This document shows positions 1-10,167 of a stretch of 64,000 nt of DNA, in pieces (the stretch's first letter is position 1; each line of letters begins with the position of its first letter). The notes below the pieces were generated by a model, which was not told the DNA's origin, did no database searches, and worked only from the letters and a program-made list of their open reading frames with translations. The stretch lies in assembly GCA_963765795.1 (NCBI GenBank), contig CAVXXZ010000023.1, forward strand, positions 8,031 to 72,030. The letters run 5' to 3'. The position numbers were made by a program, and so were the translations under genes. Source of the stretch: an uncultured Actinomycetes bacterium (GTDB lineage Bacteria > Actinomycetota > Thermoleophilia > Gaiellales > Gaiellaceae).

Positions 1-1178
1 ACTACAAGCTCGACCACACGCCGGTCGACGGCCAGCGCACCGACGTCGGTCGTCTCGCGGAGATCGGCAGCCTCGGCGTCGACCTGCTGCTCGGAGACTC
101 CACGAACGCGGAGCGAGCGGGAGTAACGGAGTCGGAGCGGGTCGTGGGCGAGGCGTTCCGCCAGATCTTCCCGAGCCGGGAGGGCCGCATCCTCGTCTCC
201 TCCTTCGCCTCGAACGTGCACCGGATGCAGCAGGCGGCCGACGTCGGCGTCGACTGCGGGCGCAAGGTGGCCTTCGTCGGCCGCTCGATGCGGAAGAACG
301 CGAACATCGCGCGCAGCCTCGGCTACATGGACGTCCCCGAGGAGGCGATCCTCCGGCCGCACGAGCTCGCCGAGCTGCCGCGCGGAGAGCAGCTGATCCT
401 CTGCACCGGCAGCCAGGGCGAGCCGATGTCCGCCATGACGCGGATCGCGTACAACGACCATCCCGCGGTCTCGGTCGAGGCCGGCGACACCGTGATCATC
501 TCCGCGAAGCCGATCCCCGGCAACGAGCTGCGCGTCCACGACGCGATCAACCGGCTCGCGAAGATGGGCGCAGAGGTGCTGCACGAGGACAACGCGCCCG
601 TGCACGTGTCCGGCCACGGGAAGGCAGAGGAGCTGCGGACGATCATCGGCCTTGTGCGCCCGAAAGCCGTGATGCCGGTACACGGAGAGTTCCGGATGCT
701 CGCCGCGCACGCGCAGCTCGCGCGCGAGGGCGGCGTTCCCGACGACCGGATCGTGATGGCGGAGAACGGCAGCGTGGTCGAGCTGCGCGACGGCGTGCCG
801 GCGATCGTGGGCGAGATCGAGGCGGGCATGACCTTCGTCGACGGCCTCGGCGTCGGGGACGTGCACGACGTGGCTCTGCGCGACCGGCGGAAGCTCTCGG
901 AGGATGGCATCTTGATCGTCGTCGCGACGCTCGCCGCACAGGACGGCGGCGGCCTGACGGCACCGCCGGAGCTGATCGCGCGGGGCTTCGGCGACGGGGC
1001 CGAGCCGCTCCTCGAGGAGCTGCGCGAGGAGGCGAACAGGGTCCTGCGAGAGCTGCTCGCCGACGACGTGACCGAGATCAAGCTGCTGCAGGAGCACCTG
1101 CACGACGCCCTCGGCGGCATCGTCTACGACCGGACTCGCCGCCGGCCGATGGTGCTGCCGGTGATCGTCGAGGTCTGA
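1..1178 (+). CDS. rnj: Ribonuclease J, C-terminal ~390 aa (5' end lies outside the window)
   Basis: The frame of ORF 144..1178 stays open back to nt 3 (YKLDHTPVDGQRTDV...LLLGDSTNAE). It carries beta-CASP/metallo-beta-lactamase RNase J motifs (HVSGHGKAEEL, PVHGEFRML). Confidence 0.85.
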   Translation, partial: YKLDHTPVDGQRTDVGRLAEIGSLGVDLLLGDSTNAERAGVTESERVVGEAFRQIFPSREGRILVSSFASNVHRMQQAADVGVDCGRKVAFVGRSMRKNANIARSLGYMDVPEEAILRPHELAELPRGEQLILCTGSQGEPMSAMTRIAYNDHPAVSVEAGDTVIISAKPIPGNELRVHDAINRLAKMGAEVLHEDNAPVHVSGHGKAEELRTIIGLVRPKAVMPVHGEFRMLAAHAQLAREGGVPDDRIVMAENGSVVELRDGVPAIVGEIEAGMTFVDGLGVGDVHDVALRDRRKLSEDGILIVVATLAAQDGGGLTAPPELIARGFGDGAEPLLEELREEANRVLRELLADDVTEIKLLQEHLHDALGGIVYDRTRRRPMVLPVIVEV

Positions 1179-1185
1179 GCCGCCG

Positions 1186-1518
1186 CTACTTGGGTGGGAG
1201 GGAGCCGGCGTAGGCTGTCCCGCGCTCGACCCACTCGGCCAGCGCGGCGTCTTCGGCGACGTCGGCCGTGTCGACGCGGAGCCAGCCCGCCATCGAGCGC
1301 CCGCGCATCTCCATCGGCTCTGCGGGAGTCTTCGCGACGAGCTCGTCCGACTCCTCGGGATCGACCCGGACGAGGATCCCGCCCTGGCCGCTCGCGGCGA
1401 TCGCCATGTTGCCGCCGATCAAGAACGCCAGGCCGCCGAACATCTTCTGCTCGGTCAGGCCGGCCCGGTCGCCGATCAGTACGCGGATGCGATCGGCGAG
1501 CTCCTCGTCGTAGGCCAT
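1186..1518 (-). CDS. TfoX/Sxy N-terminal-domain family protein
   Basis: A 110-aa ORF with a TfoX_N-like pattern (QKMFGGLAFLIGGNMAIA...VRVDPEE). It is convergent with rnj. Confidence 0.65.
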   Translation of the reverse strand: MAYDEELADRIRVLIGDRAGLTEQKMFGGLAFLIGGNMAIAASGQGGILVRVDPEESDELVAKTPAEPMEMRGRSMAGWLRVDTADVAEDAALAEWVERGTAYAGSLPPK

Positions 1519-2453
1519 CAGTCCTCCTCGACCGGCTCGCCGTCGAAGTATTCGAGCTCCTCGATCCGGCCGATCACGCCGACGCCCCGCAAGAAGATCT
1601 TCTTCGAGCGCGGATACCAGCAGATGTCGTTCGGCTCGCGCGTGCCGTAGATCAGCATCGTCACTCCGTCGGGGCCGGCGCGGAAGGAGTGCGAGATGCG
1701 CGTGCCGGGAGGGCGCGCGACCACGTGGCCGGCCCGCAGAGCGGTCTCCTCGACATCAGCCTCCCGTTGCCAGAGCTCTAGCGTTGCCGTCCCTTCGAGG
1801 ATGACGAAGACCTCCTCCTCGGAGGAGTGGCAGTGCGGAACGCACCCGCGGTGGCCGGGTCCGATTCGCTCCCAATGGAGCCCGGCGAGATCCGAACGCT
1901 CGCGCGTCGCAAGCGGTGCGGTCGTGACCGCGTCCTCCCAGCTCTCGTGCTCGACCTCGTCGACGTTGACGATGTTCGCGGGCCTCGGCGCCGGCTCGCC
2001 CACCGCGAGCGGCTCGACGGTCGCTTCGATGTCCCAGGGGTCGTCGTCGCGGCCCTCGACCCACGGCCAGCCGATCCGGATGGCGCGGGAACGCGGCAGC
2101 CAGCCGAGCTCGGTCGGGTGGCGCGTGCCGAAGACGAGGTACTCGAGCCCGTCGGGCCCGGCGACGAACGTGTGCTCCATCCCGTCTGGCCGGTGGATGA
2201 CGCAGTCGAGCGGCCGCACGTCGTGCACGTCGCCGTCCTGCCACGCGAGCCCGGAACCGGCGAGCACGAAGTAGAGCTCCTCGGACGCGCCGTGGGAGTG
2301 CGGCGGTGTCGGCAGCTTCCCGGGCGCGACGCGGACGCGGTTGACGCCGACGCCGCGCGTGCCGGCGGCGTTCCCGAGCCATTGCCAGGTCGCGTCCATC
2401 TCGCCCTTCGCGCGATGGTGGCTCTCGACCTCGTCCCACTGCGCGACGGTCAC
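1518..2453 (-). CDS. Bicupin (two cupin barrels) protein
   Basis: Two cupin metal-site motifs are present (PPHSHGASEELYFVLAGSG and VPHCHSSEEEVFVILEGTA). The longest ORF (to 2678) has an Arg-rich, low-complexity N-terminus and overlaps the next gene. I therefore trimmed it to GTG 2453; ATG 2399 is also possible. Confidence 0.6.
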   Translation of the reverse strand: MTVAQWDEVESHHRAKGEMDATWQWLGNAAGTRGVGVNRVRVAPGKLPTPPHSHGASEELYFVLAGSGLAWQDGDVHDVRPLDCVIHRPDGMEHTFVAGPDGLEYLVFGTRHPTELGWLPRSRAIRIGWPWVEGRDDDPWDIEATVEPLAVGEPAPRPANIVNVDEVEHESWEDAVTTAPLATRERSDLAGLHWERIGPGHRGCVPHCHSSEEEVFVILEGTATLELWQREADVEETALRAGHVVARPPGTRISHSFRAGPDGVTMLIYGTREPNDICWYPRSKKIFLRGVGVIGRIEELEYFDGEPVEED

Positions 2454-2470
2454 CGTCGGCAGTCTGTCAT

Positions 2471-2797
2471 TTACGCGGGTCGGTCTCCCGTGCGATCTCG
2501 GCCGCTTCCGGCGCCTGCTTGCGCACCACGTCGTGGCCGTCGCGCGCGCTCGACGACGCTCTCGATCTCGGGGAACTCGTGGCCGTTCGCGATCACGTAG
2601 AGGAGGCTGTCGCCGCGGACGCGCTCGTACTCCGCCAGTGGCAGCCTGATCCGGTCCGTGCACTGGGAGTCGCCGCACTCGCAGATCACGGTGATCATGC
2701 CCTCATCGACGCCGAGCTCGTCGCCGACGCTCCGGATCTCCTCGTTCACCTGCCGGAAGATCGCCTCGTTCATCCCGACCCGTCGCTCCTGGTCCAT
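2471..2797 (-). CDS. Conserved-looking hypothetical protein with a CxC..C cluster
   Basis: ORF 2471..2977 trimmed to the internal ATG (MDQERRVGMNEAIFRQVNEEI...VICECGDSQCTDRIRL). I recognise no family. Confidence 0.4.
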   Translation of the reverse strand: MDQERRVGMNEAIFRQVNEEIRSVGDELGVDEGMITVICECGDSQCTDRIRLPLAEYERVRGDSLLYVIANGHEFPEIESVVERARRPRRGAQAGAGSGRDRTGDRPA

Positions 2798-2852
2798 CGG
2801 GACGGCCTGCCCCGCGGCGTCGGCGATTACACATCGGGATAGGCTCGACCGC

Positions 2853-3668
2853 ATGGCTGCGCCCCGGATCACCGTCGTCGGCTCGATCAACCTCGACCTC
2901 GTCGCGCAGGCGGAGAGGCTGCCGCGGCCGGGCGAGACCGTGAGCGGCGCGCGCTTCGCGCGCGTGCCCGGCGGCAAGGGAGCGAATCAGGCGGTCGCCG
3001 TCGCGCGGCTCGGGGCGGAGGTCGCGCTCGTGGGCTGCGTCGGACGCGACGAGCTCGCGGAGGCAGCTCTCGCCGGATTGCGCGAGGCCGGGGTCGAGGA
3101 GCGATGGATCGCAAAGGACGCTCCGACCGGGATCGCGCTGATCACGGTGGACGCGGCGGGGGAAACGACGATCGTCGTCGCGCCCGGCGCGAACGCCGAG
3201 CTGCGGCCCGAAGATCTCGTGCTCGACGGCGCCGATGCGGTGCTTTGCCAGCAGGAGATCCCGGCCGAGACGGTCGCGCGCGCGGCCGAGCTCGCGCCTC
3301 GCTTCTTCCTCAACGCCGCGCCCGCGCGGGACGGCGCCCCGGAGGCCGAGCTGACGATCGTGAACCGGCTCGAGCTGGAGGCTCTCGGCGGGCGTCCCGG
3401 TCTCGTCTGCCTCACGCTCGGTGCGGAAGGCGCTGTGCTCCTCGAGGACGGGGAGGAGGTCGCACGCGCGCAGCCGCCGGCCGTGGAGGCGGTCGACGGC
3501 ACGGGCGCGGGCGACGCGTTCACCGCCTGCCTCGTCGTCTCGCTGCTCGAAGGCCGGACGCGTGAGGAGTCGCTCCGCCGCGCATGCGCCGCCGGAGCGC
3601 TCGCCGCCTCGCGCTTCGGCGCCCAGACCTCGCTCCCGACCGCGGAGGAGGTGGACGCGCTGCTGTGA
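2853..3668 (+). CDS. rbsK: Ribokinase (PfkB family)
   Basis: Motifs ITVVGSINLDLV, GGKGANQAVA and C-terminal DGTGAGDAF. ORF 2658..3668 trimmed to ATG 2853. Confidence 0.85.
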   Translation: MAAPRITVVGSINLDLVAQAERLPRPGETVSGARFARVPGGKGANQAVAVARLGAEVALVGCVGRDELAEAALAGLREAGVEERWIAKDAPTGIALITVDAAGETTIVVAPGANAELRPEDLVLDGADAVLCQQEIPAETVARAAELAPRFFLNAAPARDGAPEAELTIVNRLELEALGGRPGLVCLTLGAEGAVLLEDGEEVARAQPPAVEAVDGTGAGDAFTACLVVSLLEGRTREESLRRACAAGALAASRFGAQTSLPTAEEVDALL

Positions 3669-3732
3669 GCGTAGGCTCGACGGAGCTCACCAAAGAGCGG
3701 AGGCGGCGGCTTGGCCGGCGCCGGAGCGGAAA

Positions 3733-4654
3733 ATGACCACGCCGATCGTCATCGACTGCGACCCCGGCCACGACGATGCGATCGCGATCCTGCTCGCCCT
3801 CGCCTCGCCGGAGCTCGAGCTCGTGGGCGTCACGACGGTCGCCGGCAACCAGACGCTCGACAAGACGACCCGCAACGCGCTCGTCACGCTCGAGATCGCC
3901 GGCCGGAGCGACATCCCGGTCGCCGCAGGGGCGGAGGCGCCGTTGCGGCGTGATCTCCGCACGGCCGCCCACGTGCACGGCGAGACCGGGCTCGACGGCC
4001 CCGAGCTGCCCGAACCGTCCGCGCGGCCCGTGGAAGCGCACGCCGCCGACTTTCTCGCCGAGCTGATCGAGACCGGGGTGGTGCTGGTCCCGACCGCGCC
4101 GCTCACGAACCTCGCGCTCATGCTCGAGCGGCACCCGGACGTGACCGACCGCCTCGAGCGCATCGTCTGGATGGGCGGCGCGATCGCGGAGGGAAACATC
4201 ACGCCTGCGGCGGAGTTCAACGCGTTCGTCGATCCCGAGGCCGCCGCGAGCGGTGTTCGCGAGCGGGATCCCGATCACGATGGTCGGGCTCGACGTGACC
4301 CACAAGGCGCTGTTCACGCGCGCTCACGCTGAGCGCCTGCGGGTAGCGGGCCGCGCCGGCCGCTTCGTCGCCGAGCTGTCGGACTTCTTCCAGGCATTCC
4401 ACGAGCGCTCGTACGGGTTCGACGGCTCGCCGATCCACGATGCGATGGCGGTCGCGCACGTGATCGACCCGACGCTGATGACGACGCGCCCTGCGAACGT
4501 CGCGGTCGAGACCCGGTCGGACTACTGCGACGGCCGCACCGTCGTCGATCTGCGCGGCGTCACCGGTCGCGAGCCGAACGCGGATGTCGGCGTCGATGTC
4601 GACGCGGAGCGCTTCCTCGAGCTGCTCGTCTCGCGGATAGCCTCGCTGCCGTGA
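3733..4654 (+). pseudogene. Inosine/uridine-preferring nucleoside hydrolase, one frameshift
   Basis: N-terminal DCDPGHDDA motif. The frame breaks after ...AEFNAFVDPEAAAS (about 4240-4255) and continues in +1 as VFASGIPITMVGLDVTHK... to 4654. Spacing against the RihA-type DPEAAxxVF motif suggests one extra G. Confidence 0.8.
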
Positions 4655-5377
4655 GCCTCGTCTTCGCCTGCATCGCGCCGCACGGCGACTCGAGGAGATC
4701 CCGCTGCTGCGCACGGCGATGGAGGAGCTCGGTCGCCGCTTCGACGCGGCTGCCGCCGAGGTCGCGGTGATCGTCGTCACGCCGCACAACGTCCACGTCG
4801 AGGGCCACTTCGCCGTCGTCACCGCGGCGCACGTGGGGGAGTGGGAGGTCGACGGCGAGACTCGCGGCGGCGCTCCTCGAGCGCCGACTTGCCGATCCTC
4901 GGCGTCTCGTACGGCGGCAACGATCGGTCGAGCAGGCGGAGATGCCCGCTCGACTGGGGAACCGAGGTGCCGCTCGACTTCCTGCGCGCGAAGCGCGTCG
5001 TCGTCGTCGCCCCGGCGCGCGACATGCCGCTCGAGGAGCACCTCCGGCTGGGCGAGGCGATCGCGGCGCTGCCCGGGCGGCGTCGCGTCTGATCGCGAGC
5101 GCCGACACGGCCACGCGCACGACTGCCGACGGCCCGTACGGCTATCGACCCGGCGTCCGCGAGCCTACGACGCAGCTGCTGCAGGAGATCCTCGCCTCGG
5201 ACCGCCTCGACTTCCGGCCGCTCGCCGAGCTGGTCGACGACGGCGAAGGCCGACTCGCTCTGGCAGCTCCTCGTTCTGCAGGGTGCCGTTGGCGAGGAAG
5301 CGCGAGCAGACGTCCTCGCGTACGTGGCGCAGAGCTACTTCGGGATGCTGGTGGCGGAGGTTCAGACCGCGGCGTAG
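4651..5377 (+). pseudogene. Class III extradiol dioxygenase (LigB/DODA-like), at least 5 frameshifts
   Basis: The GTG overlaps the upstream stop (GTGA). Recognisable pieces are scattered over all three frames: VSLVFACIAPHGD / LEEIPLLRTAMEELGRRFDAAAAEVAVIVVTPHNVHVEG / ADLPILGVSYGGND / LDWGTEVPLDFLRAKRVVVVAPARDMPLEEHLRLGEAIAAL / IASAD..HGHAHD..DGPYGY / KADSLWQLLVLQGAVGEEARADVLAYVAQSYFGMLVAEV. Family assignment is moderate. Confidence 0.55.
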
Positions 5378-6699
5378 ACGCGCCACTCGCCCGGCACGCC
5401 CTTGAGCGCGTGCACGCCGCGATCGTCGAACGCGAGGCCGGAGCCGGCGACGAGATCCTTGACCGTCTGCGAGACGAGCACCTCGCCCGGGCCGGCGAGC
5501 GAGGCGATCCGCGCGCCGGTGTGGACGGCGATGCCGCGGATCTTCGGGCCGTCGAGCTCGCACTCGCCGGTGTGGATGCCCGCGCGGATCTCCACGCCGA
5601 GCTGCCGGACGGCATCGCCGGCCGAGAGCGCGCAGCGGACGGCGCGCGCTGGGCCGTCGAACGCGGCGAGGAAGCCGTCGCCGGCCGTGTCCACCTCGCG
5701 GCCCCGAAAGCGCTCGAGCTCGCGCCGCACCGCCGCGTCGTGGGTGCTCAGCAGCTCGCGCCAGCGGCGGTCGCCGAGCTCGGCAGCCCGCTCGGTCGAG
5801 CCGACGATGTCGGTGAAGAGGACGGTGGCCAGCACGCGATCGGGCTCCGGCACCGGCCGCGTGCCGGTCAGGAACTCCTCGATCTCGTCGGCGAGCTCGT
5901 CGACGTTCCCGGCGGAGATCCAGTGATCCGCTCCCGGGAGCTCGACGAACTTCGCGCCCGGGATCTTCGAGGCGAGGTACCGGCCTTCCGCGACGTTGAC
6001 GTCGTGGTCGCCGGTGCGGTGGAGGACGAGCGTCGGGACCTGGATGGTGGGGAGGACGTCCCGGACGTCGATGTACGAGTTCATGCGCACCAGGGCCGCG
6101 GCTGCGCCGGGGCTCGCGCCGCGCCGGAGGTACTGCTCGAGGTTCCGCACGAACTGCTCGTCGCCGATGCGGCTCGGCGCGTAGTACTCGACGTCCTCCG
6201 GCCGAAAGTGACCCCAGTTCCGCTCGACGTCGTCCGCGGACTCCTCGCGGTTCTCGGCCGTCGGCGCCCAGGGATAGTCGTCGTCCGGGTCGCGGCGCTT
6301 CGCGAAGCTTCCGAGCGTGATCAGTGCGGTCGTCCGCTCCGGATACGTCGCGGCGAAGAGAACGCACATGTTCCCGCCCTCCGAGTGTCCGAACAGCGCG
6401 GCCCGCTCCGAGCCGACCGCCTCGAGGACGGCGCGGACGTCGTCCATCCGCTCCTCGAGGGTCGGGAGCTCGTCGTTGGACACGCGGTCGGAAAGCCCCG
6501 TGCCGCGCTTGTCGAAGAGGATGAGACGCGAGAAGGAGGCGAGGCGCTCGAGGAAGTGCGCCATCGCCGGCTCCTCCCACATGAGCTCGATGTTCGAGAC
6601 CCAGCCGGGCACGTAGACGAGGTCGCGCGGGCCCTCGCCCGTCACCTGGTACGCGATGTTGAGGTCGCCGCTCCGTGCGTACCGCGTCTCCGGCGCCAT
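5362..6699 (-). CDS. Alpha/beta-hydrolase fused to a class III adenylate/guanylate cyclase domain
   Basis: The N-terminal half has an alpha/beta-hydrolase nucleophile elbow (GHSEGG). The C-terminal half is a cyclase homology domain (VLFTDIVGSTERAAELGD...DTAGDGFLAAFDGP...GIHTGE...GIAVHTGARI). Trimmed to ATG 6699 (MAPETRYARSG). Confidence 0.8.
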   Translation of the reverse strand: MAPETRYARSGDLNIAYQVTGEGPRDLVYVPGWVSNIELMWEEPAMAHFLERLASFSRLILFDKRGTGLSDRVSNDELPTLEERMDDVRAVLEAVGSERAALFGHSEGGNMCVLFAATYPERTTALITLGSFAKRRDPDDDYPWAPTAENREESADDVERNWGHFRPEDVEYYAPSRIGDEQFVRNLEQYLRRGASPGAAAALVRMNSYIDVRDVLPTIQVPTLVLHRTGDHDVNVAEGRYLASKIPGAKFVELPGADHWISAGNVDELADEIEEFLTGTRPVPEPDRVLATVLFTDIVGSTERAAELGDRRWRELLSTHDAAVRRELERFRGREVDTAGDGFLAAFDGPARAVRCALSAGDAVRQLGVEIRAGIHTGECELDGPKIRGIAVHTGARIASLAGPGEVLVSQTVKDLVAGSGLAFDDRGVHALKGVPGEWRVYAAV

Positions 6700-6742
6700 C
6701 GGGACGGAGGATAGGCTCGGCCTGCGGGCGAAAACCAAGCGC

Positions 6743-8944
6743 ATGCCGCGGAAGCGGAAGTCGAAGCTGCGCCGTAAGCTCCCGAGCCGCGTCAAGAAGA
6801 CGCGGACGAAGCGCAGCGCCCACGCGCGCAACCAGCACCCCGAGCTCTGGGGCCTCGCTTCCGTCGCGCTCGGCCTCTTCCTCGGCGCCGTCCTCTACTT
6901 CGGCTGGAACGGCGGCTACGTCGGCGGCTGGCTCGGGGACGGGCTCGACCGGCTGGTGGGGGACGCGAAGTACGTCGTGCCGGTCGCGCTCGCGGTGCTC
7001 GGCGCACTGGTCGTGACGCGCAGCGCGCTCGTCGACGTCCGGCCGTTCCGTACCGGGATGGCGGTGCTCGGCTGCGGCCTCATGATCGCCCTCGGCAAGG
7101 ACCAGGGCGGCTACCTCGGCCAGCTGATGGGCGGCGCGGTCGGGGTCGCGATCGGCGCCACCGGCTCGCTCCTGCTCGGCGTCCTCCTGATGCTCGTCGG
7201 CTCGCTGCTGCTGACCGGCGCCTCGCTCGGCGCGATGCTGCGCCGCTCGGGGCGGCGCCTTCATCACGTCGCCCGCAAGGCGCGGTCACGGTCTCGTGAA
7301 GCCGAAACCGCCACGATGTCGCGGCCCGTGCAGCCGGCGCCGTCGCTCGCGCCGCCGGTCGACGCGGTCTCGGCCTTCCCGGACGTGGTAGGGGAGAGCG
7401 TCGTTCCGCCGCACGCCGGCGGGCAGCCCGCTCCGCTCCAGACCGAGCCGCCGGCGCTGTTCGAGGATCCGCCCACGCTCTTCGACGAGGTGACCTCGGA
7501 GCACGCGGAGTACCAGCTGCCCGACGCCGGTGTCCTCCGCATCTCCCCGGAGCACGGCGACGACTCGGGGGAGACCGCGGCGCGCGTCGCTGAGCTCCTC
7601 GTGCAGACGCTCGCGCACTTCGGCGTCGAGGCGACCGTGATCGGCCAGATCTCCGGCCCGCGCGTTACGCGCTACGAGCTCCAGCTCGCGCCCGGGACGA
7701 AGGTCGCCAAGGTCGCGGCGCTGAAGGACGACCTCTCGTACGCACTCGCCACGACCGAGATCCGCATCCTCGCGCCGATCCCCGGCAAGCAAGCGGTCGG
7801 CGTCGAGCTCCCGAACCTCGCCCCGAACCTCGTCACCCTCGGCGACATCTTCGAGCCGCTGCCGGCGACGGCGAGCCCGGTCGCGGTCTGGCTCGGCAAG
7901 GACATCTCCGGCGCCGCCGTCTGGACCGACCTCGCGCGCATGCCGCACCTCCTCCTCGCCGGCACGACCGGCTCGGGCAAGTCGGGCTGCCTCAACACGC
8001 TCCTCACCTCCGTCCTCCTGCGCGCGACGCCCGACGACGTGCGCCTCATCCTGATCGACCCGAAGCGGATCGAGCTCAGCCACTTCGAGTCGGTGCCGCA
8101 CCTGCTCACACCCGTCGTCTCGAGCCCGAAGGAGGCGAGCGCCGTCCTCGCCAACTGCCTCGCCGAGATGGAGCGCCGCTACGAGCGCCTCTCGTCGGTG
8201 CGCGCCCGCAACATCAACGAGGCGAACCGCGCCTTCCGCCAGCGCGGCGAGCCGACGCTCCCGTACGTCCTCGTCGTGATCGACGAGCTCGCCGACCTGA
8301 TGATGGTCGCGCCGCAGGCGGTGGAAGACGCGGTGATCCGGCTCGCCCAGAAGTCGCGGGCCGTCGGGATCCACCTCGTCCTCGCGACCCAGCGCCCGTC
8401 GGTCGACGTGATCACCGGGATGATCAAGGCGAACGTCCCCTCGCGTATCGCCTTCGCCGTCTCGTCGCAGACCGACTCGCGCGTGATCCTCGACCACGGC
8501 GGTGCCGAATCGCTGCTCGGCCAGGGCGACATGCTCTTCAAGCCGCTCGGCACCTCGCGCCTCCAGCGCGTGCAGGGCGCGTACGTGTCGGAGGAGGAGA
8601 TCGCGCTCGTCGTCGAGCAGACGCGGCAGCGAGAGCAGGAGCTCGACGAGAGCTACCTCGAGCTCCCGGAGGTCTTCGCCGAGCCCGGCGCCGACTCGAG
8701 CGAGGACGGCGAGTTCGACCCCGACGACGACCCGCTGCTGGACAAGGCGATCGAGATCGTCGTCCAGACCCAGACCGCGTCCGTCTCTCTCCTACAGCGG
8801 CGCCTGCGGGTCGGCTACACGCGCGCGGGCCGGCTGATCGACATGCTCGAGCGCCGCGGGATCGTCTCCGGCTACGAAGGCTCGAAGCCGCGACGCGTGC
8901 TGGTGGACGAGAGCCAGTACCACTCGTACGCCGCAACCGAGTAG
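6743..8944 (+). CDS. ftsK: DNA translocase FtsK/SpoIIIE
   Basis: N-terminal TM segments, a Pro-rich linker, a motor domain with Walker A GTTGSGKS, and a C-terminal gamma wHTH (SVSLLQRRLRVGYTRAGRLIDMLE). Trimmed to ATG 6743. Confidence 0.92.
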   Translation: MPRKRKSKLRRKLPSRVKKTRTKRSAHARNQHPELWGLASVALGLFLGAVLYFGWNGGYVGGWLGDGLDRLVGDAKYVVPVALAVLGALVVTRSALVDVRPFRTGMAVLGCGLMIALGKDQGGYLGQLMGGAVGVAIGATGSLLLGVLLMLVGSLLLTGASLGAMLRRSGRRLHHVARKARSRSREAETATMSRPVQPAPSLAPPVDAVSAFPDVVGESVVPPHAGGQPAPLQTEPPALFEDPPTLFDEVTSEHAEYQLPDAGVLRISPEHGDDSGETAARVAELLVQTLAHFGVEATVIGQISGPRVTRYELQLAPGTKVAKVAALKDDLSYALATTEIRILAPIPGKQAVGVELPNLAPNLVTLGDIFEPLPATASPVAVWLGKDISGAAVWTDLARMPHLLLAGTTGSGKSGCLNTLLTSVLLRATPDDVRLILIDPKRIELSHFESVPHLLTPVVSSPKEASAVLANCLAEMERRYERLSSVRARNINEANRAFRQRGEPTLPYVLVVIDELADLMMVAPQAVEDAVIRLAQKSRAVGIHLVLATQRPSVDVITGMIKANVPSRIAFAVSSQTDSRVILDHGGAESLLGQGDMLFKPLGTSRLQRVQGAYVSEEEIALVVEQTRQREQELDESYLELPEVFAEPGADSSEDGEFDPDDDPLLDKAIEIVVQTQTASVSLLQRRLRVGYTRAGRLIDMLERRGIVSGYEGSKPRRVLVDESQYHSYAATE

Positions 8945-9040
8945 TTCTCCCGGAGCGCAGCGGCGCGCGGCTCTAATATCGCCCCGAGGCCATTAGGATC
9001 GGCCGGTCACGCAGATCATGGGGAGACAGGAGGGCACATT

Positions 9041-10108
9041 TTGAGATCGAGGACACGCACGGTCGTGGTCCTGTTCGTGGCGGCGGCGGCCGTCGCGCTC
9101 GTCGCGGCAGGCTGTGGCGGAGGTGGCGGCGGCGGGGGATCCAGCACCACCACGCAGAAGAGCTCGTTCAAGGCCGCGCTCGTCAGCGACATCGGCAAGT
9201 TCACGGACAAGGGGTTCAACGAGAACCAGCTCAAGGGGCTGAACGACGCGAAGGCGAAGCTCGGCGTCGCGGGCATCCCGCTCCAGTCGAACTCCCAGAG
9301 CGACTACGCACCGAACTTCAACACGGCGGTCCAGAAGAAGGCGAACCTCATAATCGCGGCAGGCTTCCTGCTCGCGTCGACCGAGGCGACGTACGCGAAG
9401 AAGTACCCGAATATCGACTTCGCGATCACCGACTACACGGTGCACACCTCGCCGTTCGCCGACAAGAAGGGCACCGTCCTGCCGCAGTTCAAGAAGAACG
9501 TCGAGGGCCTGACCTACATGGCGAACGAGTCGGGCTGCCTCGTCGGAGTGCTCGCGGCGAAGATGGCCCAGAAGATGGGCGGCAACACCGTCGGGGCGGT
9601 CGGCGGCATCAAGATCCCGCCCGTCGACATCTGGATCGCGGGCTACAAGTACTGCGTCGACAAGGTTGTGCCGGGGATGAAAGTCCTCGTCCAGTACTCG
9701 AACGACTTCGTCGCCACCGACAAGTGCCAGAACGTCGCGCAGAACGAGATCGGACAGGGTGCGAAGGTGCTCTTCCAGGTTGCCGGCGGCTGCGGCCTCG
9801 GCACGCTGAAGGCCGCCGACGCAGCCAACGTCTGGGGCATCGGCGTCGACGTCGACCAGTACAACCTGGCGAAGCGAGTACTCACGAGCGGCGTCAAGCG
9901 GGTCGACACCGGCGTGTACGACGCGATCCAGCAGGCGGAGTCCGGACACTTCAAGGGCGGCCAGGACCTCGTCTTCGACCTGAAGAACAACGGGATGGGC
10001 GTCGGCAAGATCAATCCCGCCGTGCCCCAGTCCTGGATCGACCTGATGAACAAGTACAAGCAGCAGATCATCTCCGGCCAGCTGAAGGTGCCGACCGCCC
10101 TCGGCTAG
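9041..10108 (+). CDS. BMP-family (PnrA/Med-like) ABC substrate-binding lipoprotein, probably nucleoside-binding
   Basis: Signal peptide with lipobox (LVAAGCGG) followed by a BMP-family body (ALVSDIGKFTDKGFNE). An SD (GGAGACAGGAGG) precedes the TTG start. Confidence 0.85.
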   Translation: MRSRTRTVVVLFVAAAAVALVAAGCGGGGGGGGSSTTTQKSSFKAALVSDIGKFTDKGFNENQLKGLNDAKAKLGVAGIPLQSNSQSDYAPNFNTAVQKKANLIIAAGFLLASTEATYAKKYPNIDFAITDYTVHTSPFADKKGTVLPQFKKNVEGLTYMANESGCLVGVLAAKMAQKMGGNTVGAVGGIKIPPVDIWIAGYKYCVDKVVPGMKVLVQYSNDFVATDKCQNVAQNEIGQGAKVLFQVAGGCGLGTLKAADAANVWGIGVDVDQYNLAKRVLTSGVKRVDTGVYDAIQQAESGHFKGGQDLVFDLKNNGMGVGKINPAVPQSWIDLMNKYKQQIISGQLKVPTALG

Positions 10109-10167
10109 CGACCGCGCTCGGGAGGGCGGGCGTTCTGCCCGCCCTCCTTCTTCTCTAGGATCGCCCC

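Noticed and set aside
5165-7267. A 700-aa ORF on the minus strand, and similar long ORFs at 4942..6714 (+), 14198..16357 (-), 19095..21884 (-), 24241..26712 (-), 45141..47720 (+) and 62083..63705 (+).
   Set aside because: They are extremely Arg/Pro/Ala/Gly-rich low-complexity translations lying antisense to, or out of frame with, genes that have clear family signatures (cyclase/ftsK, nadABC, cinA/recA, rny/miaB, manC-like, dxr/cdsA). These are typical shadow ORFs of a ~70% GC genome with few stop codons.
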